64,000 bases of DNA, taken from assembly GCA_964410485.1 (NCBI GenBank), contig CAYPHJ010000009.1, positions 1,106 through 65,105 on the forward strand, given 5' to 3'. Shown piece by piece: positions 37,549 through 47,571 of the stretch. The position numbers and the translations under genes are program-made. This stretch comes from an uncultured Syntrophobacteraceae bacterium. Lineage in GTDB: Bacteria; Desulfobacterota; Binatia; UBA9968. Position 1 is the first letter of the stretch. Each line of letters opens with the position of its first letter. Under the pieces are notes generated by a model. The model was not told the DNA's origin. It was given only the letters and a program-made list of their open reading frames with translations, and ran no database searches.

Positions 37549-39009
37549 ATGAAAGCACAAACGCCTACAGTGGAAAATCTGGCAAACCGCGAATACAAAT
37601 ACGGTTTTGTCACCGATATTGAAGCGGATACAGTGCCACCAGGCCTCGATGAGGAGATTGTCCGCCTGATCTCGGCTAAGAAAAAAGAGCCCGCGTTCAT
37701 GCTCCAGTGGCGCCTGAAAGCATACCGCTACTGGGCCAAGCTGGAGAAATCCCAAGCCGAGCCCAGATGGGCTAACATCCATTATCCGCCGATCGATTAT
37801 CAAGCCCTGAGGTATTACTCGGCGCCCAAGGGGAAGAGTGACCGGCCCAAGAGTCTCGAGGAGGTTGATCCGGAGCTATTACGAACTTATGAGAAGCTCG
37901 GGATTCCGCTACGTGAGCAAGAGCGCCTTGCGGGTGTTGCCGTGGATGCGGTGTTTGACAGCGTATCCGTAGCCACGACGTTCAAAACGAAGCTGGCAGA
38001 AATGGGTATCATTTTCTGCTCCTTCTCGGAGGCGGTCGAGAACCATCCGGAGTTGGTGCAGAAGTATCTCGGCTCTGTGGTACCGTACACGGACAACTTT
38101 TTTGCGGCTCTCAATTCAGCGGTTTTTAGCGACGGGTCCTTCTGTTACATCCCAAAGGGTGTGCGTTGTCCGATGGAGCTGTCCACCTATTTTCGTATCA
38201 ATGCAGCCGAAACCGGGCAATTCGAGCGTACGCTGATCATCGCCGATCAAGAAAGTTATGTAAGCTACCTCGAGGGATGCACCGCGCCCATGCGGGACAC
38301 CAACCAGCTGCACGCGGCGGTTGTCGAACTGATCGCTCACGATAACGCGCAGATCAAATATTCTACGGTGCAGAATTGGTATCCGGGGGACGCCGAGGGA
38401 AGGGGCGGCATTTACAACTTTGTCACCAAGCGCGGCAAGTGCTTGGGCAAACGCTCCAAAATCTCCTGGACCCAAGTGGAAACCGGCTCCGCAATTACCT
38501 GGAAGTATCCCAGCTGCATCTTGCAGGGCGATGATTCGGTCGGCGAGTTTTATTCGGTGGCGCTGACAAACAATTATCAGCAAGCCGACACCGGCACAAA
38601 GATGATTCATATGGGAAAGAACACCAAGAGCACGATCATTTCAAAGGGAATCTCGGCCGGCCACGGGCAAAATACTTACCGCGGCCTGGTGAAGATCATG
38701 AAGGGAGCGACGGGAGCCCGCAACTACTCCCAATGCGATTCACTCCTCTTGGGCGACAAGTGTGGTGCGCACACGTTTCCGTACCTGGAGGTCTTGAACA
38801 ATGAATCCCAAGTGGAACACGAAGCCTCCACGTCGAAAATCGGCGAAGATCAGCTTTTTTATTGCCGGCAGCGAGGAGTCTCCCCGGAAGATGCGGTCAA
38901 CATGATCGTCAGCGGGTTCTGTAAACAGGTATTTCGCGAGCTGCCCATGGAGTTTGCAGTGGAGGCGCAAAAACTGCTCGGCGTGAGTCTCGAGGGAAGT
39001 GTCGGATAG
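37549..39009 (+). CDS. sufB: Fe-S cluster assembly scaffold protein SufB
   Basis: 486 aa. [24 protein letters not shown] and [13 protein letters not shown] blocks characteristic of SufB. No sufC or sufD gene is adjacent. Confidence 0.9.
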   Translation: MKAQTPTVENLANREYKYGFVTDIEADTVPPGLDEEIVRLISAKKKEPAFMLQWRLKAYRYWAKLEKSQAEPRWANIHYPPIDYQALRYYSAPKGKSDRPKSLEEVDPELLRTYEKLGIPLREQERLAGVAVDAVFDSVSVATTFKTKLAEMGIIFCSFSEAVENHPELVQKYLGSVVPYTDNFFAALNSAVFSDGSFCYIPKGVRCPMELSTYFRINAAETGQFERTLIIADQESYVSYLEGCTAPMRDTNQLHAAVVELIAHDNAQIKYSTVQNWYPGDAEGRGGIYNFVTKRGKCLGKRSKISWTQVETGSAITWKYPSCILQGDDSVGEFYSVALTNNYQQADTGTKMIHMGKNTKSTIISKGISAGHGQNTYRGLVKIMKGATGARNYSQCDSLLLGDKCGAHTFPYLEVLNNESQVEHEASTSKIGEDQLFYCRQRGVSPEDAVNMIVSGFCKQVFRELPMEFAVEAQKLLGVSLEGSVG

Positions 39010-39149
39010 TTCGGACGCACAAGGAAGCGGTGATACCGACCGCTCTTGCAGCAGCGAAGAGAGATAATCGCATTTGAGACTATGCGCTAAACCGCTGTTC
39101 CTGCCAGCTTGTCATTTGGTCAAAGGTTTTCAAAGTGTGAAAGACACCT

Positions 39150-40373
39150 ATGAGCTCGGAAATATACTTCGATAATAACGCTACGACACGGGTTTTGCCC
39201 CAGGTGTTCGAGGCGATGCAACCGTTTTTAACGGAACTTTATGGTAATCCGTCGAGCATTCATCGCTTCGGTAGTCAGGTGGCGCGGCACATCTCTGGCG
39301 CCAGGCAGCAGGTGGCAGAGTTCGTGGGAGCTTCCGACCCGATAGAAATCATCTTTACAAGCTGCGGCACGGAAGGTAATAACGCCGCCATACGCAGCAT
39401 GCTCGATTCCAGGCCAGAAAAGCGTCATATCGTTACCACGCAGGTGGAACATCCTGCCGTGCTGGGAGTCTTCCAGTATTTGGAAAAGAGAGGCTATCGA
39501 GTGACCTGGCTCGGAGTTAACGGGGATGGGATGCTCGATCTGGAAGAGCTGCGGCATGCTCTCGGCGATGACACTGCGCTGGTATCTATCATGTATGCCA
39601 ACAACGAGACCGGCGTCATCTTTCCTGTGCAGGAGATTGGCGCGCTTGTCCAAGCCAGAGGTATTCCCTTCCACGTCGATGCGGTGCAGGCCGCAGGAAA
39701 GATCCCGTTCGAGGCGAAGAGACTTCCGGTCGACCTGCTCACCATTTCGGGTCATAAGTTTCACGCTCCCAAGGGAGTGGGCGCGCTTTATGTCCGTCGC
39801 GGAATTCAGTTTGTGCCATATATGATTGGCGGCCATCAGGAGCGCAACCGGCGGGCCGGAACCGAGAACGTCGCTGGCATCATCGCAATGGGTGTAGCGG
39901 CCGAGTTCTCACGCAAGTACCTTGGCTCTTATGCCAGTCAGGTGGGGCATCTAAGGGACCGGTTCGAGGAAGCGTTGCTGAAGTCCTGTCCGGAAAGCCG
40001 CATTAACGGCCGGGCCGTCGATCGGCTACCCAACACTTCCAACGTAAGCTTTAGATACGTCGAGGGCGAAGCCATTCTAGTGCTGTTGGACGAACACGGC
40101 GTCTGTGCTTCTACTGGCTCGGCCTGCACTGCGGGATCTGCCGAGCCGTCCCATGTCTTGCGCGCCATGAACGTGCCGCCAGACTGGCTGCAAGGCGCTG
40201 TTCGTCTGAGCTTCAGCCGATTCAACACCGAAGAGGAGATTGACAAAGTGATCCAAATGATGCCGCGGATCGTCCAAAGGCTGGAGGGTCTGTCTCGGGT
40301 AGGGCGATCCGCCAATCAGCCCTTTCCGGGAGCTACACAAAGCACGGCCAGGTCCGTTACGGGCAGGGGGTAA
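39150..40373 (+). CDS. Cysteine desulfurase, NifS-like (second class I copy)
   Basis: IYFDNNATTRV, SCGTEGNNAAI, the PLP-Lys block [17 protein letters not shown] and the active-site loop STGSACTAGSAEPSHVL. Confidence 0.9.
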   Translation: MSSEIYFDNNATTRVLPQVFEAMQPFLTELYGNPSSIHRFGSQVARHISGARQQVAEFVGASDPIEIIFTSCGTEGNNAAIRSMLDSRPEKRHIVTTQVEHPAVLGVFQYLEKRGYRVTWLGVNGDGMLDLEELRHALGDDTALVSIMYANNETGVIFPVQEIGALVQARGIPFHVDAVQAAGKIPFEAKRLPVDLLTISGHKFHAPKGVGALYVRRGIQFVPYMIGGHQERNRRAGTENVAGIIAMGVAAEFSRKYLGSYASQVGHLRDRFEEALLKSCPESRINGRAVDRLPNTSNVSFRYVEGEAILVLLDEHGVCASTGSACTAGSAEPSHVLRAMNVPPDWLQGAVRLSFSRFNTEEEIDKVIQMMPRIVQRLEGLSRVGRSANQPFPGATQSTARSVTGRG

Positions 40374-40376
40374 TCC

Positions 40377-40832
40377 ATGGGCCTGATGCAGATTCCTCGC
40401 AGGGTTGATTACGGTTTGCGCGCGGTCATCTATCTTTCGGGTCAGGATCCTAACAAATGCTGTTCGATTGCCGAGATCGCAAGGCAGCAGGGACTTCCGA
40501 GGAAATTCTTGGAGAAAATCATCCAGGACCTTATCCGTGCGGGACTTATCAAATCGAAGCGTGGCTCGTGCGGTGGATACGCGCTGGCCCGTTCGCCGGA
40601 TGAGATTTCTTTCTACGATGTAATCGAAGCGCTAGAAGGGCCGATTGCGGTCAATGCCTGTATGGATCCGCAGACGGGTTGTGGACAGGCGCCTCGCTGT
40701 ACGATGCTAGGCGTGTGGAATGATCTCCAGCGGATGGTGGTCGAGGTCTTCACAAAAACCACAATCGGCGCACTGAGACAGCGGTCGTGCAAAGAATCGC
40801 TGGGCTCCTCTTCTCTTTCGAGTGCGGCATGA
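40377..40832 (+). CDS. Rrf2-family transcriptional regulator (IscR-like, three clustered Cys)
   Basis: N-terminal wHTH (RVDYGLRAVIYLS...PRKFLEKIIQDL) and a Cys cluster CMDPQTGCGQAPRC. It starts 3 nt after the preceding stop. Confidence 0.85.
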   Translation: MGLMQIPRRVDYGLRAVIYLSGQDPNKCCSIAEIARQQGLPRKFLEKIIQDLIRAGLIKSKRGSCGGYALARSPDEISFYDVIEALEGPIAVNACMDPQTGCGQAPRCTMLGVWNDLQRMVVEVFTKTTIGALRQRSCKESLGSSSLSSAA

Positions 40833-40893
40833 AGGTGTCCGAATTGGTGAGGAACCTGAATTCAGGCCGCACTCTACAGGGAGGTGATATTAT

Positions 40894-41352
40894 ATGAGTT
40901 ACGACACCGGACTCAGCATGGAGGAGAGAGTCACATCGCTGTTTCAGCCCGACACTCTCTTGCCGGAACAGTACATGGAGACTTTCCGGCGCAAGCTCCA
41001 CCTGGAGCCCGAAAAAAAACTCATGCTGGCGATTTTGGAAGACGCTATCGCCTGCTATCAGAAGTACGTCTTGGCGCGCGACAGCAAAGGTAAAATGCTG
41101 TTCGCGGAAGCAGAAGAGTGGTTTGCGGAGCGAGGGGGAGATTGGCTCTTTTCGTTTTCCAGTGTTTGCGAGACATTGGGATTCAATCCCGACTACCTGC
41201 GGGAAGGGCTGTTTCAGTGGAAGGCGCGAAAGTTAAAAGCGCGCTCGAAGCCCAACGTGTACACGCTGAGGCAGCAAAAAGCCAACCAGGGCCGGCGACG
41301 TTTTGCCGTGCGCGCAAGCAACAGACAGCGCGCGCGTAAGGCGGTACACTGA
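40894..41352 (+). CDS. Hypothetical protein (152 aa) with a basic C-terminal tail; last gene of the Fe-S operon
   Basis: GGGAGG lies 9 nt upstream of the ATG. No family recognised. Core sequence KKLMLAILEDAIACYQKY...WLFSFSSVCETLGFNPDYLREGL; tail RRRFAVRASNRQRARKAVH. Followed by a strong terminator. Confidence 0.65.
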   Translation: MSYDTGLSMEERVTSLFQPDTLLPEQYMETFRRKLHLEPEKKLMLAILEDAIACYQKYVLARDSKGKMLFAEAEEWFAERGGDWLFSFSSVCETLGFNPDYLREGLFQWKARKLKARSKPNVYTLRQQKANQGRRRFAVRASNRQRARKAVH

Positions 41353-41378
41353 CCGACTGGTGCAAACCGTGAGTCTAC

Positions 41379-41415
41379 AGGCGGCGAACGACCGAACCGT
41401 TTGCCGCCTTTTTTT
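41379..41415 (+). terminator. Rho-independent terminator
   Basis: A 12-bp stem, AGGCGGCGAACG (41379-41390) with CGTTTGCCGCCT (41398-41409, one G-T pair), a 7-nt loop, then a T7 run ending at 41415. It begins 27 nt after the stop codon. Confidence 0.85.
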
Positions 41416-41456
41416 GGCCTGTTAACTCGAAGCCTACAACAAAAAGACTGCTCGAA

Positions 41457-42455
41457 ATGTTCAAGCCCGCCATGGTGCAGGCCCGATCAAACCGGTGCTC
41501 GCTAAAGCAGCTCGCGCACAGTTTACGTTACCGGATCGGGGAGTATGCCCTAAGAGGGGTTGTCAATACCATGCGCTGGATTCCCTGCCGGTACATTGTG
41601 CGCTCGGCGCCACTTTGGGCCTGGCTAACATACCGTTTGCTATGGAGATACCGCATGCGTATGGAGCAAAATCTTGCCCAGATCGCAGAAGGCGAAACGA
41701 TGAGTCCGGCGGCTCGGAAGGTTTTGGCCTGGCGCGCGTGGTTTAACATGGTGAGAACCGCGCTCGATACCGGCGTGACGCTGCATTTCTCCAAAGATCA
41801 GACTCTTTCTGCGATCTCGTTGGAGGGTGAAGAATGCTTGAAACGTGCCCTAGATCGCGGCAAAGGAGTCATTGCTCTCAGCGCCCATCTTGGGGCTTTC
41901 AGTCTGATCGGCGCGCGCTTGCGGGCGGGCGGTTATCCGTTCAGCGCTGTCATTAAACTACCGCGGCACGGGCGATTCGCTCGCTTGGTCGAGGATTACT
42001 GCACGCGGCTGGGCATGGAAACAATTTCCGCACGGCCGCGCTCACGCGCCGTCAAGGGAGTCATCAAAGCCTTGCGGGCCAACCGTGTCGTGCTGGTGGT
42101 CGCAGACGAATTCAAGGCCAGCGGCGTAGCGGTGAATTTTTTGGGGCGGCGCGTAGGCGCGTCGCGAGGACCTGCCTCCCTAGCTCTAAGAACCGGCGCT
42201 GCGACGCTGACCATGTTCGCTTTACGACGCCCCGACGGCTCGATCTGTTTGTCCATAGGGCCCGAGATCTGCCCCGTGCAAACTGAAGATGTTGCGACCA
42301 GCGTTGTCGCAACTACTGCTCTTTTTACCCATCGCCTTGAAGAAGTCATCCGATCAAATCCGGATCAATGGAATTGGCTCGCCTTCCCACCCAAGGCGCC
42401 AGTTGGCAAGCCCGCGCAGACCGCCGGCGGCGTTACGAAACGTCTGCTGCAGTAG
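41457..42455 (+). CDS. Lipid A biosynthesis (LpxL/HtrB-like) lysophospholipid acyltransferase family protein
   Basis: About 330 aa. N-terminal membrane segment, GKGVIALSAHLGAF (His block) and VVLVVADE blocks resembling the Lip_A_acyltrans family. Confidence 0.7.
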   Translation: MFKPAMVQARSNRCSLKQLAHSLRYRIGEYALRGVVNTMRWIPCRYIVRSAPLWAWLTYRLLWRYRMRMEQNLAQIAEGETMSPAARKVLAWRAWFNMVRTALDTGVTLHFSKDQTLSAISLEGEECLKRALDRGKGVIALSAHLGAFSLIGARLRAGGYPFSAVIKLPRHGRFARLVEDYCTRLGMETISARPRSRAVKGVIKALRANRVVLVVADEFKASGVAVNFLGRRVGASRGPASLALRTGAATLTMFALRRPDGSICLSIGPEICPVQTEDVATSVVATTALFTHRLEEVIRSNPDQWNWLAFPPKAPVGKPAQTAGGVTKRLLQ

Positions 42456-42548
42456 CGCCTCAGGGCGGCGCGAAGAGAGTTGAAGTGGTGCGGTCATGGA
42501 CACCAATACTCCCACACTCCAGTGCTCCGGCACTCTTGCCGGATCCTC

Positions 42549-42576
42549 TTGACAGAGTAAAGTCACACTCTATAGT
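42549..42576 (+). promoter_or_regulatory. Near-consensus sigma-70 promoter upstream of the gcvH-like gene
   Basis: TTGACA (42549-42554), a 16-nt spacer, then TATAGT (42571-42576), 18 nt before ATG 42595. Confidence 0.5.
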
Positions 42577-42594
42577 GATCGATGCGAAGGGCCG

Positions 42595-42969
42595 ATGGAA
42601 CTGAAAGTCAGTGCACAGCACGTGTGGGTCGCAACAGAAGACTATCACGTGAACCTGGGTCTCACCAATTACATTCAAGGCGAGATTGGCGCGGTAATTT
42701 CGGTTGAGCTTCCCGACGTGGGGGATATCATCGAAGAAGGCGAGGTTTTCGCCGAACTGGAGTCTGTCAGCACCGTCCATGAGTTCGTCTCGCCTGTCTC
42801 GGGCACTGTGTTGGCCGTCAACCCGCAGCTTGAAGATCATCCCTCTGTCATCAACGAGGACCCCTACCACGAGGGCTGGTTGATCGAGGTTCGTTTGAAG
42901 GATCCATCCGAACTCGAATTGCTCATGGATATGGATGAGTATTATCACTTCGTTCTCAAAGACAAGTAA
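42595..42969 (+). CDS. Glycine-cleavage H-protein-like protein lacking the lipoyl-lysine
   Basis: It aligns by eye along the whole length of GcvH (HVWV, GLTNYIQGEIG, SPVSGTVLAVN, EDPYHEGWL). The ESVKA motif reads ESVST, with Ser59 (AGC at 42769-42771). Confidence 0.8.
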   Translation: MELKVSAQHVWVATEDYHVNLGLTNYIQGEIGAVISVELPDVGDIIEEGEVFAELESVSTVHEFVSPVSGTVLAVNPQLEDHPSVINEDPYHEGWLIEVRLKDPSELELLMDMDEYYHFVLKDK

Positions 42970-43705
42970 CAGAATATCGCTTTTTTCCTGCGCTCTCTGT
43001 TTGCTCGTTTCGGTGTTCTTGCCTGTCGGCGCCTTGCCGGAACTCTCGCGCGAAGAAAAACGCTGGTCCGAACAGCGACATCGAATGGTCGAGCGGGATT
43101 TGCGGGCCCGCGGTATCAAAGAGGCGCGGTTACTGAATGCCATGAAGAATATCCCGCGCCATCTCTTTGTGCCGGAAAAAAAACGCTCCTCAGCGTACGA
43201 TGATCGGCCTTTGCCTATCGGTGAAAATCAGACGATCTCACAACCGTATGTTGTCGCCCTGATGACCGAGTTGCTGGAGCTCGAGCAGAACAACACTGTG
43301 CTGGAAATCGGCACCGGGTCCGGTTATCAGACAGCCGTGTTGGCGCAGCTCGCGAGCGAGGTCTACTCAATTGAGATTGTTCCCCGGCTCAGTGAGAGGT
43401 CTCAAAAAATACTTGCGCAGCTTGGCTATGGCAATGTCCGCCTCAAGGTCGGCGACGGATACTTTGGTTGGGAGGAAAAAGCTCCTTTTGACGCGATACT
43501 GGTAACCGCCGCAGCGCGCAAAATTCCGAAACCACTCTGGCTACAATTGCGCGAGGGCGGGCGTTTGGTTATGCCGCTCGGCGAGCCGGGGCGAACACAG
43601 CGCCTCGTTCGGGTCAGAAAAGTGAACGGAAAACCCCGGGCGGAGGATGTTACCGGCGTGGCGTTCGTGCCTCTGACGGGCGTGGTTGGTCAGGAGGAGC
43701 GCTGA
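42935..43705 (+). CDS. pcm: Protein-L-isoaspartate O-methyltransferase with a predicted N-terminal signal/anchor
   Basis: TISQPYVVALM, the SAM motif VLEIGTGSGYQTAVLA, and DAILVTAAA. The N-terminal hydrophobic stretch is LFSCALCLLVSVFLPVGALP. With this start it overlaps the previous gene by 35 nt; the start is uncertain. Confidence 0.8.
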   Translation: MSIITSFSKTSNRISLFSCALCLLVSVFLPVGALPELSREEKRWSEQRHRMVERDLRARGIKEARLLNAMKNIPRHLFVPEKKRSSAYDDRPLPIGENQTISQPYVVALMTELLELEQNNTVLEIGTGSGYQTAVLAQLASEVYSIEIVPRLSERSQKILAQLGYGNVRLKVGDGYFGWEEKAPFDAILVTAAARKIPKPLWLQLREGGRLVMPLGEPGRTQRLVRVRKVNGKPRAEDVTGVAFVPLTGVVGQEER

Positions 43706-44027
43706 CGACCCCTCCACGGCTCTTTCTCGATTCGGTGGAACTGAACCGATAAATGACTTCACCGGGACGCACGAGGTTGAGTTCTTCCCGGGCGATTTTC
43801 TCCAAATAGAAGTCATCGTGCCGCAGCCGATCAATGCGTTGTCTCAACACCTGATTTTCTTGCTGCAACCGGTGGTTTTGTTCATCCAATTTTCCTTTTT
43901 CTGCACGCAGTCGCCACAGATGAAGCGCTCCCCGTTCGCCGAAGATCGTTGAGACGGAAAGCAAGAGAATCAGTAGCAGCAGTAGACAGGAAAACCAGTG
44001 TTGCAACAATCTAAAGCGGATAATCAT
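43650..44027 (-). CDS. ftsB: Septum formation initiator FtsB/DivIC family
   Basis: An N-terminal TM helix, then a leucine-zipper-like coiled coil (LWRLRAEKGKLDEQNHRLQQENQVLRQRIDRL) and DDFYLEKIAREELNLVRPGEVIY. Confidence 0.8.
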   Translation of the reverse strand: MIIRFRLLQHWFSCLLLLLILLLSVSTIFGERGALHLWRLRAEKGKLDEQNHRLQQENQVLRQRIDRLRHDDFYLEKIAREELNLVRPGEVIYRFSSTESRKSRGGVVSAPPDQPRPSEARTPRR

Positions 44028-44034
44028 GGGTTAA

Positions 44035-46102
<2,068 letters not shown>

Positions 46103-46123
46103 ACTGGCGTGCGCGGATACTAC

Positions 46124-46193
46124 GGAGCGTTGGAGTACTGAAGTGCTGGCTTCAAGAGCATCACTCCATTACTCCACCACTCCAGTACTCCGG
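46124..46193. repeat. Hairpin carrying the dispersed ACTCCAGTACTCC word, between convergent genes
   Basis: GGAGTACTG (46132-46140) is complementary to CAGTACTCC (46183-46191). ACTCC-type words (CACTCCATTACTCCACCACTCCAGTACTCC) fill 46162-46191. Confidence 0.65.
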
Positions 46194-46271
46194 CCAACCA
46201 ATAAATTTGCTCTGCTCCGGGTGCGAGATGTCGCAGGGGTTTTCCTCATCACTGCAGGAGTGAAAATCGTG

Positions 46272-47336
46272 TCACCGCGGCGGGAGGGGGTCGGCCCCCG
46301 CCAACCGATTAAATGTCGCAATGATTTCGGACTCCCGCGGAATCTCCTTGATAATTTTTCCCTGCGCCTCGGGTAGAATCGGTGAGGCATCATCGCCGGT
46401 AAGTTTCTTGAACTCCGTTAGAAATGCCGGATCTTTAAACGTTTTGCGCATGGCATCGCGCAGGATAGCCACCGGTTCTGCGGGCGTGCCGGGCGGGAGC
46501 ACATAGGGCGAGCCCACCATTCGGAAAGTTCGAAACAGCGTGAGGATTTTTCTTTCTTTTTCGGTTCTCGCGAATACCTCGATCTCGGGAAGCTTTGAGA
46601 AAACCTGATGGTGATGGCGGTTCTCTTTTGGGATCTGAATAATTGCGTGATAGTGGATTAACCTCTTTTCAAGAAATTCCGGGTTTCTCTGCAAAATGGT
46701 ATCGGGGATATTAGCGCGCGCATCCAACTCGCCGCGCATCATTGCGATGTCGAGTTCTGGGCCCGAGAAGCCGGTAATGAACTTTGGCTCATTGAGGCTC
46801 AGCAACCAGGCGAATAGGCGGCCGTTAATATAGATATCATGCCCTACGGTTTGTCCGCCTACTCTCAGGCCGGCATGCCTGCGCAGCTTTTCCAGGTTGT
46901 CGAGACCGAGTTTCGCCACGGATCCAAATACGTAATACGAGCTGCTATTGGGGGTGCCGAGGTGAATAAACTTGTCGACGTCATATTGGACCCCGGTTGT
47001 GCCGAGAATAAAGTTGGCAATCAACCCTGAACCGACGTTGCCGATGGTCAAGCCATCTGGCTTGGCGTTTCGGTAGACGAAGTTAGCGGCCGTTCTCCCG
47101 CCGCCGCCCGGCATGAACTGCGTCACAATCGTGGGCTCACCAGGAATGTATTTGCGGAGAAAGGGTATGGCCGCTTGCGCGCGCATTGCGCCCGTGCCGC
47201 CCGGTTCGCGGCCCTGAATAAGGATAATGGTCCTGCCCTGATAATAGGGAACGGACTGGGAGAAACCTGTGGCGGGTGTCCCGGCGAGAAGCAAAACTAC
47301 AGCCGCCAAAAACAGCACCAGACGTCTGTTCTTCAT
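46272..47336 (-). CDS. TctC/Bug-like periplasmic solute-binding protein, paralogue 2
   Basis: Signal peptide (MKNRRLVLFLAAVVLLLAG), YYQGRTIILIQGREPGGTG, PGGGGRTAANFVY...PDGLTIG and the C-terminal end GADPLPPR, shared with paralogue 3. Confidence 0.7.
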   Translation of the reverse strand: MKNRRLVLFLAAVVLLLAGTPATGFSQSVPYYQGRTIILIQGREPGGTGAMRAQAAIPFLRKYIPGEPTIVTQFMPGGGGRTAANFVYRNAKPDGLTIGNVGSGLIANFILGTTGVQYDVDKFIHLGTPNSSSYYVFGSVAKLGLDNLEKLRRHAGLRVGGQTVGHDIYINGRLFAWLLSLNEPKFITGFSGPELDIAMMRGELDARANIPDTILQRNPEFLEKRLIHYHAIIQIPKENRHHHQVFSKLPEIEVFARTEKERKILTLFRTFRMVGSPYVLPPGTPAEPVAILRDAMRKTFKDPAFLTEFKKLTGDDASPILPEAQGKIIKEIPRESEIIATFNRLAGADPLPPR

Positions 47337-47433
47337 GCGCCACCTCCGGTGACATTGGTAGACCAATCGCTTTATCGGTTGCTCCTCTGTGAGTCAACTC
47401 CAGGTGGTATGACGGCTTAACGGTAACCCGATA

Positions 47434-47470
47434 CTTCGACACCCCTTACTCCAGTACTCGGGCGTCGAAG
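47434..47470. repeat. Hairpin with ACTCCAGTACTCG in the loop
   Basis: CTTCGAC (47434-47440) pairs with GTCGAAG (47464-47470). The loop contains ACTCCAGTACTCG (47448-47460). Confidence 0.6.
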
Positions 47471-47571
47471 GAAGCCTACCAGCTACGTTTGGTACGGGCA
47501 CATATCGCAGGGTTTACAACCGCTTACGGTAGGGTATACCCTTGTAGAGTATAAAGGAGAATTGTCGAGCT

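Noticed and set aside
41457-42455. Possible loss of the acidic residue of the HX4(D/E) acyltransferase motif (HLGAFS) in the LpxL-like protein.
   Set aside because: My by-eye alignment of this short motif is not reliable. Some family members place the acidic partner elsewhere. It needs a real alignment before any claim.
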